Virus record (IMG/VR): IMGVR_UViG_3300034061_004620
DNA: 64,000 nt
Direction: 5' to 3' (one strand)
Source of the DNA: a virus
Taxonomy: Duplodnaviria; Caudoviricetes
How positions within the stretch are numbered: the stretch's first letter is position 1; each line of letters begins with the position of its first letter. Positions 47,837 through 56,726 of the stretch are shown piece by piece. Both the position numbers and the translations under genes were made by a program. Below the pieces are notes generated by a model. The model was not told where the DNA came from. It saw only the letters and a program-made list of their open reading frames with translations, and searched no databases.

Positions 47837-48001
47837 TTACGCATTTGATTTCCAGTCCCTGTGATTTTGATATGTGTACTGTTGTAACCAATGTTCAACA
47901 TCAGCGGCATTTTTTGGATTTTTTGATTCGATGTATTGTTCAACATCGCTTTTATAAGCGAAACAGTTTTGTAAACGTTTCATTAGACTTTGGCAGTCCA
48001 T
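47837..48001 (-). CDS. Small hypothetical protein (54 aa)
   Basis: Start MDCQSL after SD AAGGAG and TAAATA (48032-48027); YIESKNPKNAADVEHW. Confidence 0.65.
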   Translation of the reverse strand: MDCQSLMKRLQNCFAYKSDVEQYIESKNPKNAADVEHWLQQYTYQNHRDWKSNA

Positions 48002-48069
48002 TTGATCTCCTTGTGGGTTATATGAGTATTTATTGCAACGCAACAAACATTAACATATTACAAATTCAA

Positions 48070-48075
48070 TAAATA
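48070..48075 (+). promoter_or_regulatory. Late promoter TAAATA, near-leaderless
   Basis: 7 nt before ATG 48083, no SD. Confidence 0.65.
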
Positions 48076-48082
48076 GCTTATT

Positions 48083-49546
48083 ATGCGTGATTTATTAAAC
48101 ATTATTTTAAACGAAGTTACACTTAGCAAATACGGCCCTGGACATAAATTTATTTTTAGTAACGGTGCCGCTGGGCAACAGCTGGCCAGTCAATTGGCCG
48201 CTTTGGGTTTAAACACAGATGGCGTCATTGAACTTACAAATAAATCTAAAGGCCTTGAATCCTTAGTAAACAAAAGCGATATAATAACAAGATTTGGTAA
48301 AGGAACAGATGTATATGAATTTCGTACCGAAGACGATGTGTATTTTTACGTGTTTGGAACCACAGGCACCATTGAAACAGCATTAAATCACAGCAAAGAA
48401 AGTGCCATTAGCAATCGCGGCGAAGTAAGCGAAGGTATTCTTGGTGCAGCTATGTTTGCTAAATTTACCAAACGCCAACCAGGCGAAGAAGTAGGCCAAG
48501 TTACCTCTGCAGATATCACTGGTGTATTAGATGCTCTACAATCGCAAGGCGAAGATACTTATAGTGTCACCGTTAATGATGCTGAAAGCGAAATAGCAGA
48601 TACTATTAGTTTTGTTTTGAGATTAAAAACAGCCCCGTACCAAGATCTTATGAATCCGTTAAAGCGTAAGCTTTTGACCAACGAACTGAACAGTGCCGCA
48701 GCGTATGTTAACAGTGCAATGGCCGAACGCTATAGCAAGTATTTTTATATTAATGGCAAGGCAGATGAAATTAATATCATGGCCGATGGTGCTGCCAGCG
48801 AGTCTGAAAAGAAATCAGATGTCTGGGTAGGCATTAGAGATCAAAATGGAGCAATACGTACTCTCAAACTTAATGCCAGTTTAAAAGTTGGCGGGCAAGC
48901 ACAATTTGGACAAGTTGGCGGCAGTGACACAGAGTCAATGACCAAGTTGTTTGGTTATTTTGGAATCGATGTTGCTCCGTATATTGAAAAATTTGAAAAG
49001 CAACACAAACAAGATCCACTAAAAGCGGTGGAGTATATGTATAGACAGATCACCAATGCTTTGCAATCAAAGTTATCAGGGGACGACGACACTGAAGAAG
49101 CACGATTCGTTGATAGTGTTGCTCGCGCGGTAACACATTTTGCTACACTGGGTGATAGCAATGTTGAATTGGTTGATTTTGACAAGGGTGGTTTTAAGAT
49201 TTTGAGATTTAAAAATCTCGAGTATAAGTTAAGAAATATTGATTTGACTGCGTCATATGTTTCATCTAAAACAAGACCCGAAATTAGTATTCACGACGTG
49301 GAAGATCCTAAAAAAGAACTTATTTCTATTCGTTGCAAAGTTGAACATAAAAAAGCAGGACCGTATGTACGCAACTATATCGAAAAAGGTTCTTTATTAG
49401 AGGAAATTACCAAAGTTCAAGAAAGAAGTTTTAAAGAATTAGAAACTCCTGATCCAGAGAAAACAAGGGTAAAAATTAAGCCACCTGGTAGACAAGCCTT
49501 ACCTCGAGACAAAGATACAACTCCAAGACAAAAACGCGATAAGTAA
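48083..49546 (+). CDS. Putative PD-(D/E)XK (restriction-like) nuclease with CTS-like leader MRDLLNIILNE
   Basis: NRGEVSEG helix, KSDVWV..ASLK strand pair, basic C-terminal tail. Confidence 0.45.
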   Translation: MRDLLNIILNEVTLSKYGPGHKFIFSNGAAGQQLASQLAALGLNTDGVIELTNKSKGLESLVNKSDIITRFGKGTDVYEFRTEDDVYFYVFGTTGTIETALNHSKESAISNRGEVSEGILGAAMFAKFTKRQPGEEVGQVTSADITGVLDALQSQGEDTYSVTVNDAESEIADTISFVLRLKTAPYQDLMNPLKRKLLTNELNSAAAYVNSAMAERYSKYFYINGKADEINIMADGAASESEKKSDVWVGIRDQNGAIRTLKLNASLKVGGQAQFGQVGGSDTESMTKLFGYFGIDVAPYIEKFEKQHKQDPLKAVEYMYRQITNALQSKLSGDDDTEEARFVDSVARAVTHFATLGDSNVELVDFDKGGFKILRFKNLEYKLRNIDLTASYVSSKTRPEISIHDVEDPKKELISIRCKVEHKKAGPYVRNYIEKGSLLEEITKVQERSFKELETPDPEKTRVKIKPPGRQALPRDKDTTPRQKRDK

Positions 49547-49550
49547 AAAC

Positions 49551-50399
49551 ATGCAAAGACCTACTATGGAAATAACAACCATGATTGGTTGTTCCTTGAT
49601 GTGCAATTTTTGCCCTCAAGACAATTTACGAGACATGTATGGTAACGATGTCAAATACATGACTTTGGATACATTTAAAACAGCATTATCAAAAGTACCA
49701 AAAAATACCAGAATTGATTTTAGTGGCATGGCCGAAGCCTGGATCAATCCTGCGGCCACTGACATGTTAGAACATACTTTGGTATCAGGACACAATGTAG
49801 CTATCTATACAACTTTTTACAATTGGGATATTGGGACTGCTGAACGTGTTGTGCAGTTACTTTATCGTTATCGAGCACAGATCGAAGTACTTAGTGTGCA
49901 TTTTCCTGATGAATACGGTAATATGAAGGGATGGAAATATAGCACTGAATGGGAAGCTGTATTTCACATGGTAACCTCTGCGGTACAAGATGCTAATATT
50001 AAATTAGAAGCTATGACCATGAGCGATCATGGTAAGATACATAAGGATTTGCAGCATCTTGGGATCCAATTGTACAATTGGTTTGGGCACGACCGTGCTG
50101 GAAGTTTGAATAAAGAACAAGTTAAAGAACAACCAGTTCATTTTGTTACTAAACACGAACGCCCGGTGAGTTGTAGTAAGACTGTGAATTATGATCAACA
50201 CGTACTGCTACCCAATGGTGATGTAGTATTATGCTGCATGGATTATGATCTAAAACACGTGATTGGTAATTTGGTTAACGATTCCTATTTGGATTTGTTC
50301 ACCGGTGAACCCATGATAAATCTAATACGAGAAAATCAAAAAAATTGCTACAGTGCGGCAAGTTTATGTAAAAGTTGCACTGATGCTAAAATACATTGA
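49551..50399 (+). CDS. Radical SAM protein with C-terminal SPASM domain
   Basis: CSLMCNFC, FSGMAE; CSKT..LPNGDVVLCCMDY..IGNL..CKSC. Confidence 0.9.
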   Translation: MQRPTMEITTMIGCSLMCNFCPQDNLRDMYGNDVKYMTLDTFKTALSKVPKNTRIDFSGMAEAWINPAATDMLEHTLVSGHNVAIYTTFYNWDIGTAERVVQLLYRYRAQIEVLSVHFPDEYGNMKGWKYSTEWEAVFHMVTSAVQDANIKLEAMTMSDHGKIHKDLQHLGIQLYNWFGHDRAGSLNKEQVKEQPVHFVTKHERPVSCSKTVNYDQHVLLPNGDVVLCCMDYDLKHVIGNLVNDSYLDLFTGEPMINLIRENQKNCYSAASLCKSCTDAKIH

Positions 50400-50424
50400 C
50401 TTAACTGATCAAATATTATATAAT
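50396..50424 (+). promoter_or_regulatory. Sigma70-type promoter
   Basis: TTGACT-17 nt-TATAAT; ATG 5 nt after the -10 box. Confidence 0.85.
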
Positions 50425-50429
50425 CAACT

Positions 50430-50609
50430 ATGACAAAAATTTATCTGGCCATGGCCGAAATGCAAAACGGCAACCGTATCTTTGAACGTGCATATCTTAC
50501 TCAAGAGCGTGCCGAGCAAGCGTGTCAAGAGATGATAAAAGATATTACGGAAAACACTGACTGGAAAGTTGTTCCTGTTGTTGAAGAGTTGGAGTTAGTT
50601 GATGAATGA
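50430..50609 (+). CDS. Small hypothetical early protein (59 aa), missing from the ORF track
   Basis: MTKIYLAMAEMQNGNRIFERAY..LELVDE, behind the promoter and overlapping the next start. Confidence 0.65.
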   Translation: MTKIYLAMAEMQNGNRIFERAYLTQERAEQACQEMIKDITENTDWKVVPVVEELELVDE

Positions 50610-50874
50610 GCGAATCCAAGAAACTTTAGATATTTTGCAAGAAGAGTGTGCCGAAGTTATTGTTGAGATCAGCAAATGTAGAAGATTTGGATTAGATTCG
50701 TATCATTACAAAACTGGAGTTAAACATCGTGACATGCTTGAAATGGAAATTGGTGATGTTTTAGCAATGGTTGATATTTTAATAGAGCATAACTTTATAG
50801 ATCAAGATAAACTTAACAACGCCAAGGAAAATAAAAGAAATAAATTAAAGACCTGGTCTAACATTTTTAAATGA
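50602..50874 (+). CDS. MazG-like nucleotide pyrophosphohydrolase
   Basis: LQEECAEV..LEMEIGDVL (ExxE/ExxD). Confidence 0.8.
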   Translation: MNERIQETLDILQEECAEVIVEISKCRRFGLDSYHYKTGVKHRDMLEMEIGDVLAMVDILIEHNFIDQDKLNNAKENKRNKLKTWSNIFK

Positions 50875-51683
50875 TCACTCGCATAATGATGATAGGTGCT
50901 GGTCGCATATACGAAGCGGCATGCACCTTGAGTTTTGATAAAAACTTGCATCCAACAATTGACCAGACCATAATTGTAAGTCCGTATAGTTTTGTTACTT
51001 TAACAAAAGAGTTTGAACATTTTGGTGTTGATGTATCAAAATTTAAATTCTATCATGACAACGAGGTAATAGACAAATTTAATTTACAAGCATGGGCAAC
51101 AAATCATTGGTATTTACAGCAGGGATTTAAACTAAGTCTGATGGATAGCATTGATAGCGACTTTTTAATTCAAGATTGCGATGTTCTTGCATTACAACCG
51201 TATCAATATATTCTTGATAATGATATAAATTTTAGAGTAGAAGATTTATGGAATCCTTATCAACAAGTTTATGCTGATGCAATAAAAAAATTAATTGGGT
51301 TTGATAGAGCTATAAATTACAGCTTTGTGACAGAATTCATGCCCTATAAAAAGCAAGATTGGATAGCTTGTAAAAACCAAATTGAAAATTTTACTCAATC
51401 AACATGGCAAAATGCAATAACAAATTTAGCACCGTTTGATGAAAAAAAATGGTTTAGTGAATATGAATTGTTGGGAATTTTTAAAACAAATACAGATACC
51501 AATTATAAACTAAGATATGATATTCAACCAATTATTAACAATTGGGAAGATTTTTTCCGTGCAGACTGGTCAAATATCGAAACAATAAAATTTAAGGCAC
51601 AACCTTTTAAATATATGGGACGGAAGTCCGCAATAACAATACGAGATTTTTTTATTAGGAAAGATGATGACAGAATTATATAG
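50871..51683 (+). CDS. Hypothetical protein, possibly glycosyltransferase-like (DUF6492-like)
   Basis: WYLQQGFKL..LIQDCD..SEYELLG pattern; DxD-like motif. Confidence 0.45.
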   Translation: MITRIMMIGAGRIYEAACTLSFDKNLHPTIDQTIIVSPYSFVTLTKEFEHFGVDVSKFKFYHDNEVIDKFNLQAWATNHWYLQQGFKLSLMDSIDSDFLIQDCDVLALQPYQYILDNDINFRVEDLWNPYQQVYADAIKKLIGFDRAINYSFVTEFMPYKKQDWIACKNQIENFTQSTWQNAITNLAPFDEKKWFSEYELLGIFKTNTDTNYKLRYDIQPIINNWEDFFRADWSNIETIKFKAQPFKYMGRKSAITIRDFFIRKDDDRII

Positions 51684-52023
51684 AGGATTATTGTTTGTAC
51701 TCACAACTAACTTTAACAGTTTGATAGAAACTATTAGAAATCATGTGAGATCATTCAATCAAAATACTACAGACGAAGGTAATTTTTTAGATGTTGGTGT
51801 ACTTGGTTTTTGGAATTTAATGTTAGAGGTAGTTTTTACTTTGTTTGTTTTACTTAGTTTAACAACAGGAATTTTGTTAACAGCCGGGTTGGCAGTAAGT
51901 GCATATCCTTTTGTGGCATTTTTGACATATTCAAGAAACTTGCTTGTAGGTACAAGGGGAAAACAAGACAAAGATATTCAAATAATAAAGTTACCTAATG
52001 ACTCGAGTCAAGAAAAAGTCTAA
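51664..52023 (+). CDS. Hypothetical membrane protein
   Basis: Long hydrophobic stretch (LMLEVVFTLFVLLSLTTGILLTAGLAVSAYPFVAFL). Confidence 0.55.
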   Translation: MMTELYRGLLFVLTTNFNSLIETIRNHVRSFNQNTTDEGNFLDVGVLGFWNLMLEVVFTLFVLLSLTTGILLTAGLAVSAYPFVAFLTYSRNLLVGTRGKQDKDIQIIKLPNDSSQEKV

Positions 52024-52507
52024 CCTTGCCAAAGGCAAAGATAGTTACGATGCAGAAATAGGCGGCGAATTAGTCGCCTTTTTCAATAAAAATATTACTC
52101 CTTATGCAACAGAAGTAGGCGGGCCTGCCTTTGATTTAATTCCTATACAAAAACAAAAAGATATAATGGTCAATGTTGCTCGTATGCATGCCGAGCAAGA
52201 ATATAACCGTATAATGGATTTAGTTAAAGTATTACAGAAACAAGCAGATGAAATTAAAAGAAGATTATATATAACTGATGCCGTACATGCCGCAGAATAT
52301 CAATTTCAAATCTATCATGGTCAAACATATTGGCTATGCTTTGATAGCAAAATAAATCGTACAAGATTATGTCACCAAGGACCTAAAGATTGGACTACCG
52401 GTGCACCCGAACATTATAACTATATTGCACAGGTCAAATGGTTAGGTGACTACACGTGGCAAGAAGTTACCACACAAACGTTTGGGAATAGTACTGAACA
52501 ATCTTAG
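51998..52507 (+). CDS. DUF2452-like conserved protein
   Basis: EQEYNRI..LQKQA..HAAEYQFQIYHGQTYWL..GP.DW..L.D.TW. Confidence 0.55.
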   Translation: MTRVKKKSNLAKGKDSYDAEIGGELVAFFNKNITPYATEVGGPAFDLIPIQKQKDIMVNVARMHAEQEYNRIMDLVKVLQKQADEIKRRLYITDAVHAAEYQFQIYHGQTYWLCFDSKINRTRLCHQGPKDWTTGAPEHYNYIAQVKWLGDYTWQEVTTQTFGNSTEQS

Positions 52508-53420
52508 CAAGTTCTACTTCAAATACAGCTCTTGGTTGCCACCCAAGAGTCTTTAGTTTTTCATCATTGATACTATACCTTACATCTTGACCAGGTCTGG
52601 TTATATCTAAATTTAAATATTTTCCGTGATCTGTAATTTGTTCAGGGCAGAACATGTCAATAATCTGCATTGCAATAACTATATTTTGCTCTTCGTGATT
52701 GCCACTTATATTGTAAATTTCGTTCTGCACTCCGGATTCAATTATAGTGAGCACAGCACTTGCTGTGTCGCTTACGTGTAACCATGTGCGACGGGGTAGT
52801 CCGGCATCGTGCAGTGCGATTGGCCTACCTAATTGTAAATGTTTAATACTTTTTGGTATAAACTTTTCTGTATATTGACCTATTCCGTAATTGTTAGTTG
52901 GTCTAACAATTACGTAAGGAACCTTGAATGTACGTGCCCACGCTAATATTAATTGGTCTGCTGCGGCTTTGGTTGCTGAATACGGATTACTTGGCTTTAG
53001 TAAATCTGTTTCAATATGACTACCAGATTCAATATCACCATACACTTCGTCTGTACTAAAATGCAACAAGGTTGGCATCTTGAAACGATGGCGTTCTTTT
53101 ATCAAGTTTAGCAAATGATGAACACCATTTACATTACTGCGTAAAAACACATCTGAACTAACAATACTGTTATCTACATGTGTTTCTGCTGCGGTATTAA
53201 TTATATAATCGCAGTCGTATAGCATATCTAAATCATTGATATCGGATTCAATGAATTTAAAACGCGAATGTTTGATTAGGTCTGGTAAGAATTGAACGTT
53301 AGCAGCATAGGTTTTTTTATCTACACCAATTACATAGTAACCCTTATCTAAACAGGCCTGGGTAACATGATAGCCGATGAATCCAAGACAGCCGGTAACG
53401 TATACAACTTTTGTCGTCAT
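52467..53420 (-). CDS. rfbB: dTDP-glucose 4,6-dehydratase (RmlB/RfbB-like)
   Basis: VTGCLGFIG, DKKTYA, AAETHVDNSI, STDEVYG, YSATK, RPTNNYG, RPGQD.RY; start at MTTKVV. Confidence 0.9.
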   Translation of the reverse strand: MTTKVVYVTGCLGFIGYHVTQACLDKGYYVIGVDKKTYAANVQFLPDLIKHSRFKFIESDINDLDMLYDCDYIINTAAETHVDNSIVSSDVFLRSNVNGVHHLLNLIKERHRFKMPTLLHFSTDEVYGDIESGSHIETDLLKPSNPYSATKAAADQLILAWARTFKVPYVIVRPTNNYGIGQYTEKFIPKSIKHLQLGRPIALHDAGLPRRTWLHVSDTASAVLTIIESGVQNEIYNISGNHEEQNIVIAMQIIDMFCPEQITDHGKYLNLDITRPGQDVRYSINDEKLKTLGWQPRAVFEVELAKIVQYYSQTFVW

Positions 53421-53899
53421 AATTTTCTTGTTAAATTTAAATATGCTGGTTCTGGTGAACCAATAAACACAGGCCAAATGTCTTCTAATTCAGCAATACT
53501 CTGTGGTTTATATAATTGAATGTTTGGCAAAGCAGCCAACACTTGTTCGTCATCATGAGCCCAATGGCTAACACCATCGTGACTATAGTCTTTGTCTCTG
53601 CCGCTGCCAATTAGTTTTACAGGAATGTTTTCGTAACTTACATAATTACGCAGAAACTCAAAAGGACGATACAATAAAAAGCTACTCATACTGTAACATA
53701 CCGGAATCAACCCTTCATTGGCCATACCAATGGCAGCACCTATCATTAGTTGTTCAGCCGCGCCCACGTTATAAAAACGTTCCGGAAAAGCATTACGTAT
53801 TTGATCCAAGATACCAAAACCTAAGTCTGCTGTGACAACTCTTATGTCATCGGTGCTGACCATGCTTTCTAATAGAAGACCGGCACATTCTTTTCTCAT
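53417..53899 (-). CDS. Transketolase-like subunit, pyrimidine-binding domain only
   Basis: TADLGFG..RFYNVGAAEQLMIG.A.G.A..G..P..Y..SFL..R..E..R..HW. Confidence 0.85.
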   Translation of the reverse strand: MRKECAGLLLESMVSTDDIRVVTADLGFGILDQIRNAFPERFYNVGAAEQLMIGAAIGMANEGLIPVCYSMSSFLLYRPFEFLRNYVSYENIPVKLIGSGRDKDYSHDGVSHWAHDDEQVLAALPNIQLYKPQSIAELEDIWPVFIGSPEPAYLNLTRKL

Positions 53900-54510
53900 T
53901 GTGTTAACGCCTCATAATCTGATTGTTTAAGTACATAATAATGTGTGAGTAATTCTTTAGCAAAAGGCCAATTTGGCGGATTACTAAATCTCACATTGAT
54001 TCGAGGCAGAAATGCCACTAAACGATGACTCAATGTTATGGTGTCAATCATGTCGTATGCACCCATTCCGTTTAAATTGGCATAAACGTGCAAGTTATCA
54101 ATTTTGTTATCATTGATAAAGCGAAGCGCCTCCCATATTGATCCTTCGGCACATTCGCCATCGCTGATCATGCAGTAAACATTTTTATCAGGAGTAGCCA
54201 GTGCGTGTCCTACTGCAATAGGTAATCCTGACCCCAGACTACCAGTTGAGCAGTAAAGATGATTTGGTAAATCTCTACCAGGATGGATTCCATGTTTGTG
54301 CAACATTGCAACAGGATCTACTCCGTGGTATTTTTCTAAAACTACGTATAGCGCCAATCCTGCATGACCATTACTGAGAATAAAAACTTCATCATCTTTA
54401 CGTTTTGCGTAAATTTCTTCAATGATAGGCAATGCGCTCAGTGTTGAACTGAGGTGGCTGAGTTTTTCCTGATAAGTTATATCAATTATTCTACGTGTTA
54501 GTGCGTTCAT
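53896..54510 (-). CDS. Transketolase-like subunit, N-terminal ThDP-binding domain
   Basis: SHLSSTLS, FILSNGHA, STGSLGSGL..AVG.A, ISDGECAEGSIWEA..N. Confidence 0.88.
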   Translation of the reverse strand: MNALTRRIIDITYQEKLSHLSSTLSALPIIEEIYAKRKDDEVFILSNGHAGLALYVVLEKYHGVDPVAMLHKHGIHPGRDLPNHLYCSTGSLGSGLPIAVGHALATPDKNVYCMISDGECAEGSIWEALRFINDNKIDNLHVYANLNGMGAYDMIDTITLSHRLVAFLPRINVRFSNPPNWPFAKELLTHYYVLKQSDYEALTQ

Positions 54511-55214
54511 TTCCATGCCAATAGTTGATCGTGAATGACCATTTCAGTTTGATAACCGTGCCGTTGAAACAACTCTGCCAGCTGTTGTCTATTATCGCCC
54601 AAGTTACCCGGCCATGACTGTTGTTTAACATCAGTTTGATGAACTTCAACAAACCAAAATTTAACTTTGTTTGCAACAGGACCTAAAGTTGCATCTGTTA
54701 ATGCTTCCATTTCTGAACCTTCGATGTCACATTTGATAAAATCCACATGATCTAATCCTTGCATGTGTAATAGTGTTTCCAAGGTCATACATTGAACTTT
54801 GGTTTCTTTTCCGTTGCGATTAAGCATACTATTTGTAGTGCTGTTTTCGTTGATATAAAAAGAAATCATTTCATTATGCGGACCAACAGCCAATTGTAAA
54901 GGAGTAATATTGCCATGGTCCTTAACAATTTCTTGAAGTACATTAAATGTGTTTGGTGTTGGTTCAACAGCAATTACTTTGCTACAACTGTCTGCTGCAT
55001 ACAGACTAAACAATCCACAGTTTGCACCAAGGTCAAGTATAACCATGTCGCCACGACCAGCAAAAATAGGATCATACATACGATCTTCGTTGATTTGCTT
55101 TAAGATAACATCTGTATAATTTTCTGGATCGTTAAACCAGGCTTGCACATCTGCATGTTCGCTCTGATATGTATAATCTTGTTGCTGACTTGTTTTAATG
55201 GTTCGTTCTATCAT
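54507..55214 (-). CDS. FkbM-family methyltransferase
   Basis: ILDLGAN.G.FS, AVEP, IKCDIEGSE, VEVH. Confidence 0.9.
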   Translation of the reverse strand: MIERTIKTSQQQDYTYQSEHADVQAWFNDPENYTDVILKQINEDRMYDPIFAGRGDMVILDLGANCGLFSLYAADSCSKVIAVEPTPNTFNVLQEIVKDHGNITPLQLAVGPHNEMISFYINENSTTNSMLNRNGKETKVQCMTLETLLHMQGLDHVDFIKCDIEGSEMEALTDATLGPVANKVKFWFVEVHQTDVKQQSWPGNLGDNRQQLAELFQRHGYQTEMVIHDQLLAWK

Positions 55215-56037
55215 ATTTTGCCTTTAATAAAAAATCTCTAATACCTGTTTCTAAATTGTATTCGCAGCTGAAACCTAATTGTGAAGATTTGTTTATATCA
55301 CAGACCCACACTGTGTTTTCAAATGCCTTACGCATCTCTGCTACTCGTGCAACCGGTGCTCCTGCGTTTTCTGTTATTTGTACCCAAAGGTCATACAAAT
55401 CAAAATTACTAATTTGATATCCGCTACCAAAATTTACAATTTCGCCTGGTGCCAAATCCCACTCTTGTAGAACTAAATCAATTCCTCTAACAAAATCGTT
55501 TATATAGATAAAATCATGATGCCCTTGATATAATGTCATTGGTTCGTCGTAATTGAATGCTCGATATAAACGGGGAAACAACCTATGTGGCCTCTCACCG
55601 GGACCGTATACACTGTAAGGTCTCACAATCCATATGGGTAAATTTAAGTGTCGTGCCCATCCTTGACAAAGTAATGTTGCAGCACCTTTTGTGGCCTGAT
55701 AAAAATCAACAGGTTTCAGTAACGTATCTTCGGCAGTGGCATGATTGGTAGGGCCGTATTCACTGCTGCTTCCTATCTGTACCACACGACATTTTTGATC
55801 ACAATCTCGTACATATTCTAAAATAGTTTGAACCATCAATATGTTGGGTTCAAACATTTGCTCATGATCATAAATTTCTGCTGCCGAGTTTATAATAGCA
55901 TCTGGTTTGAAATTTTCTAAACACTCGCGTAAAGATTCGTGGCGTCGAAAGGCATAAACTTCATGTCCCCTTGTGGTGTAATATTGTACCAGATTTTGTC
56001 CAACAAAACCAGTGGCACCTGTTATGAAAAATTTCAT
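55195..56037 (-). CDS. NAD-dependent epimerase/reductase (extended SDR)
   Basis: ITGATGFVG, GSSSEYG, YQATK, RPYSVYGP, HDFIYIND. Confidence 0.9.
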   Translation of the reverse strand: MKFFITGATGFVGQNLVQYYTTRGHEVYAFRRHESLRECLENFKPDAIINSAAEIYDHEQMFEPNILMVQTILEYVRDCDQKCRVVQIGSSSEYGPTNHATAEDTLLKPVDFYQATKGAATLLCQGWARHLNLPIWIVRPYSVYGPGERPHRLFPRLYRAFNYDEPMTLYQGHHDFIYINDFVRGIDLVLQEWDLAPGEIVNFGSGYQISNFDLYDLWVQITENAGAPVARVAEMRKAFENTVWVCDINKSSQLGFSCEYNLETGIRDFLLKAKYDRTNH

Positions 56038-56675
56038 CTGATCAATTGTGATAAGTGATGATTGGCTCGGCTGATACGAGTTGGCTTATAGGTTCCGGGC
56101 CAATGCACTATCCAGTCGCCCGGCTCCCATGCACCACTATTACCAAGAATGTCAAATCTGGCATCGCAATAGTCATAAATTTCTGGTTCATAACTGTTCA
56201 TATATTTTTGCGGAACAATTTTTACAATGTCTTGATATTGATCGATAGTATCGATAATAACCTGTTGTTCTGCCCATTCTATATTTTTATATGATTCTTC
56301 TTTGTCTATAATCATTTGTAGATAAGCACGACCTTGTTCACTATTACGTACTAAAAAGTTACCAGAATTGAGATTGAGACGATCAACAGGTACAATGAAG
56401 TGATAGTTGTCATCAATTCGATCCTCAATTTGAATGGTTTGATTGGTAATCATAGCATCGCATTCACTGAACAACAACCATTCTATTTCTGGATGTTGGG
56501 TGAATAAATCTAATGCGTAATGAATTTTGTTAAAACCAGTAATTGTGCTATACTTCATTTCAGTTAGCACATGAAATTGGTATCCGTATCTTGCACAATA
56601 TTCTTGTTTTGATTGATCGGTTAGTGCTGCCAAATCTGAGTAATTGGCATCATGTAAGCTTGCAACAGCATGCAT
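56034..56675 (-). CDS. GT34 (GMA12/MNN10-like) glycosyltransferase
   Basis: YC.RYGY, WLLFSECDA, LNSGNFLVRN, AEQ, W.PGDWIVHWPG. Confidence 0.8.
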   Translation of the reverse strand: MHAVASLHDANYSDLAALTDQSKQEYCARYGYQFHVLTEMKYSTITGFNKIHYALDLFTQHPEIEWLLFSECDAMITNQTIQIEDRIDDNYHFIVPVDRLNLNSGNFLVRNSEQGRAYLQMIIDKEESYKNIEWAEQQVIIDTIDQYQDIVKIVPQKYMNSYEPEIYDYCDARFDILGNSGAWEPGDWIVHWPGTYKPTRISRANHHLSQLIR

Positions 56676-56703
56676 AGGTGTCCTTGAAAATCATTGAGTA
56701 AGG

Positions 56704-56721
56704 TATTTATTATACTAAGTA
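56704..56721. promoter_or_regulatory. Back-to-back late promoters for the two sugar transcription units
   Basis: Minus strand TAAATA 56709-56704; plus strand TAAGTA 56716-56721, 5 nt before ATG 56727. Confidence 0.65.
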
Positions 56722-56726
56722 TTGAC

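Noticed and set aside
39463-50399. 7-deazaguanine (QueE) DNA-modification, anaerobic RNR activase or MoaA assignment for the rSAM genes
   Set aside because: No queC/queD/folE/dpdA, nrdD or moaC in the window, and the proteins carry twitch/SPASM extensions unlike QueE or NrdG. Genes outside the window cannot be excluded.
53417-54510. Pentose-phosphate transketolase AMG or frameshifted pseudogene
   Set aside because: Both halves have their own starts with 4-bp overlaps, the C-terminal transketolase domain is absent, and the context is entirely NDP-sugar genes.
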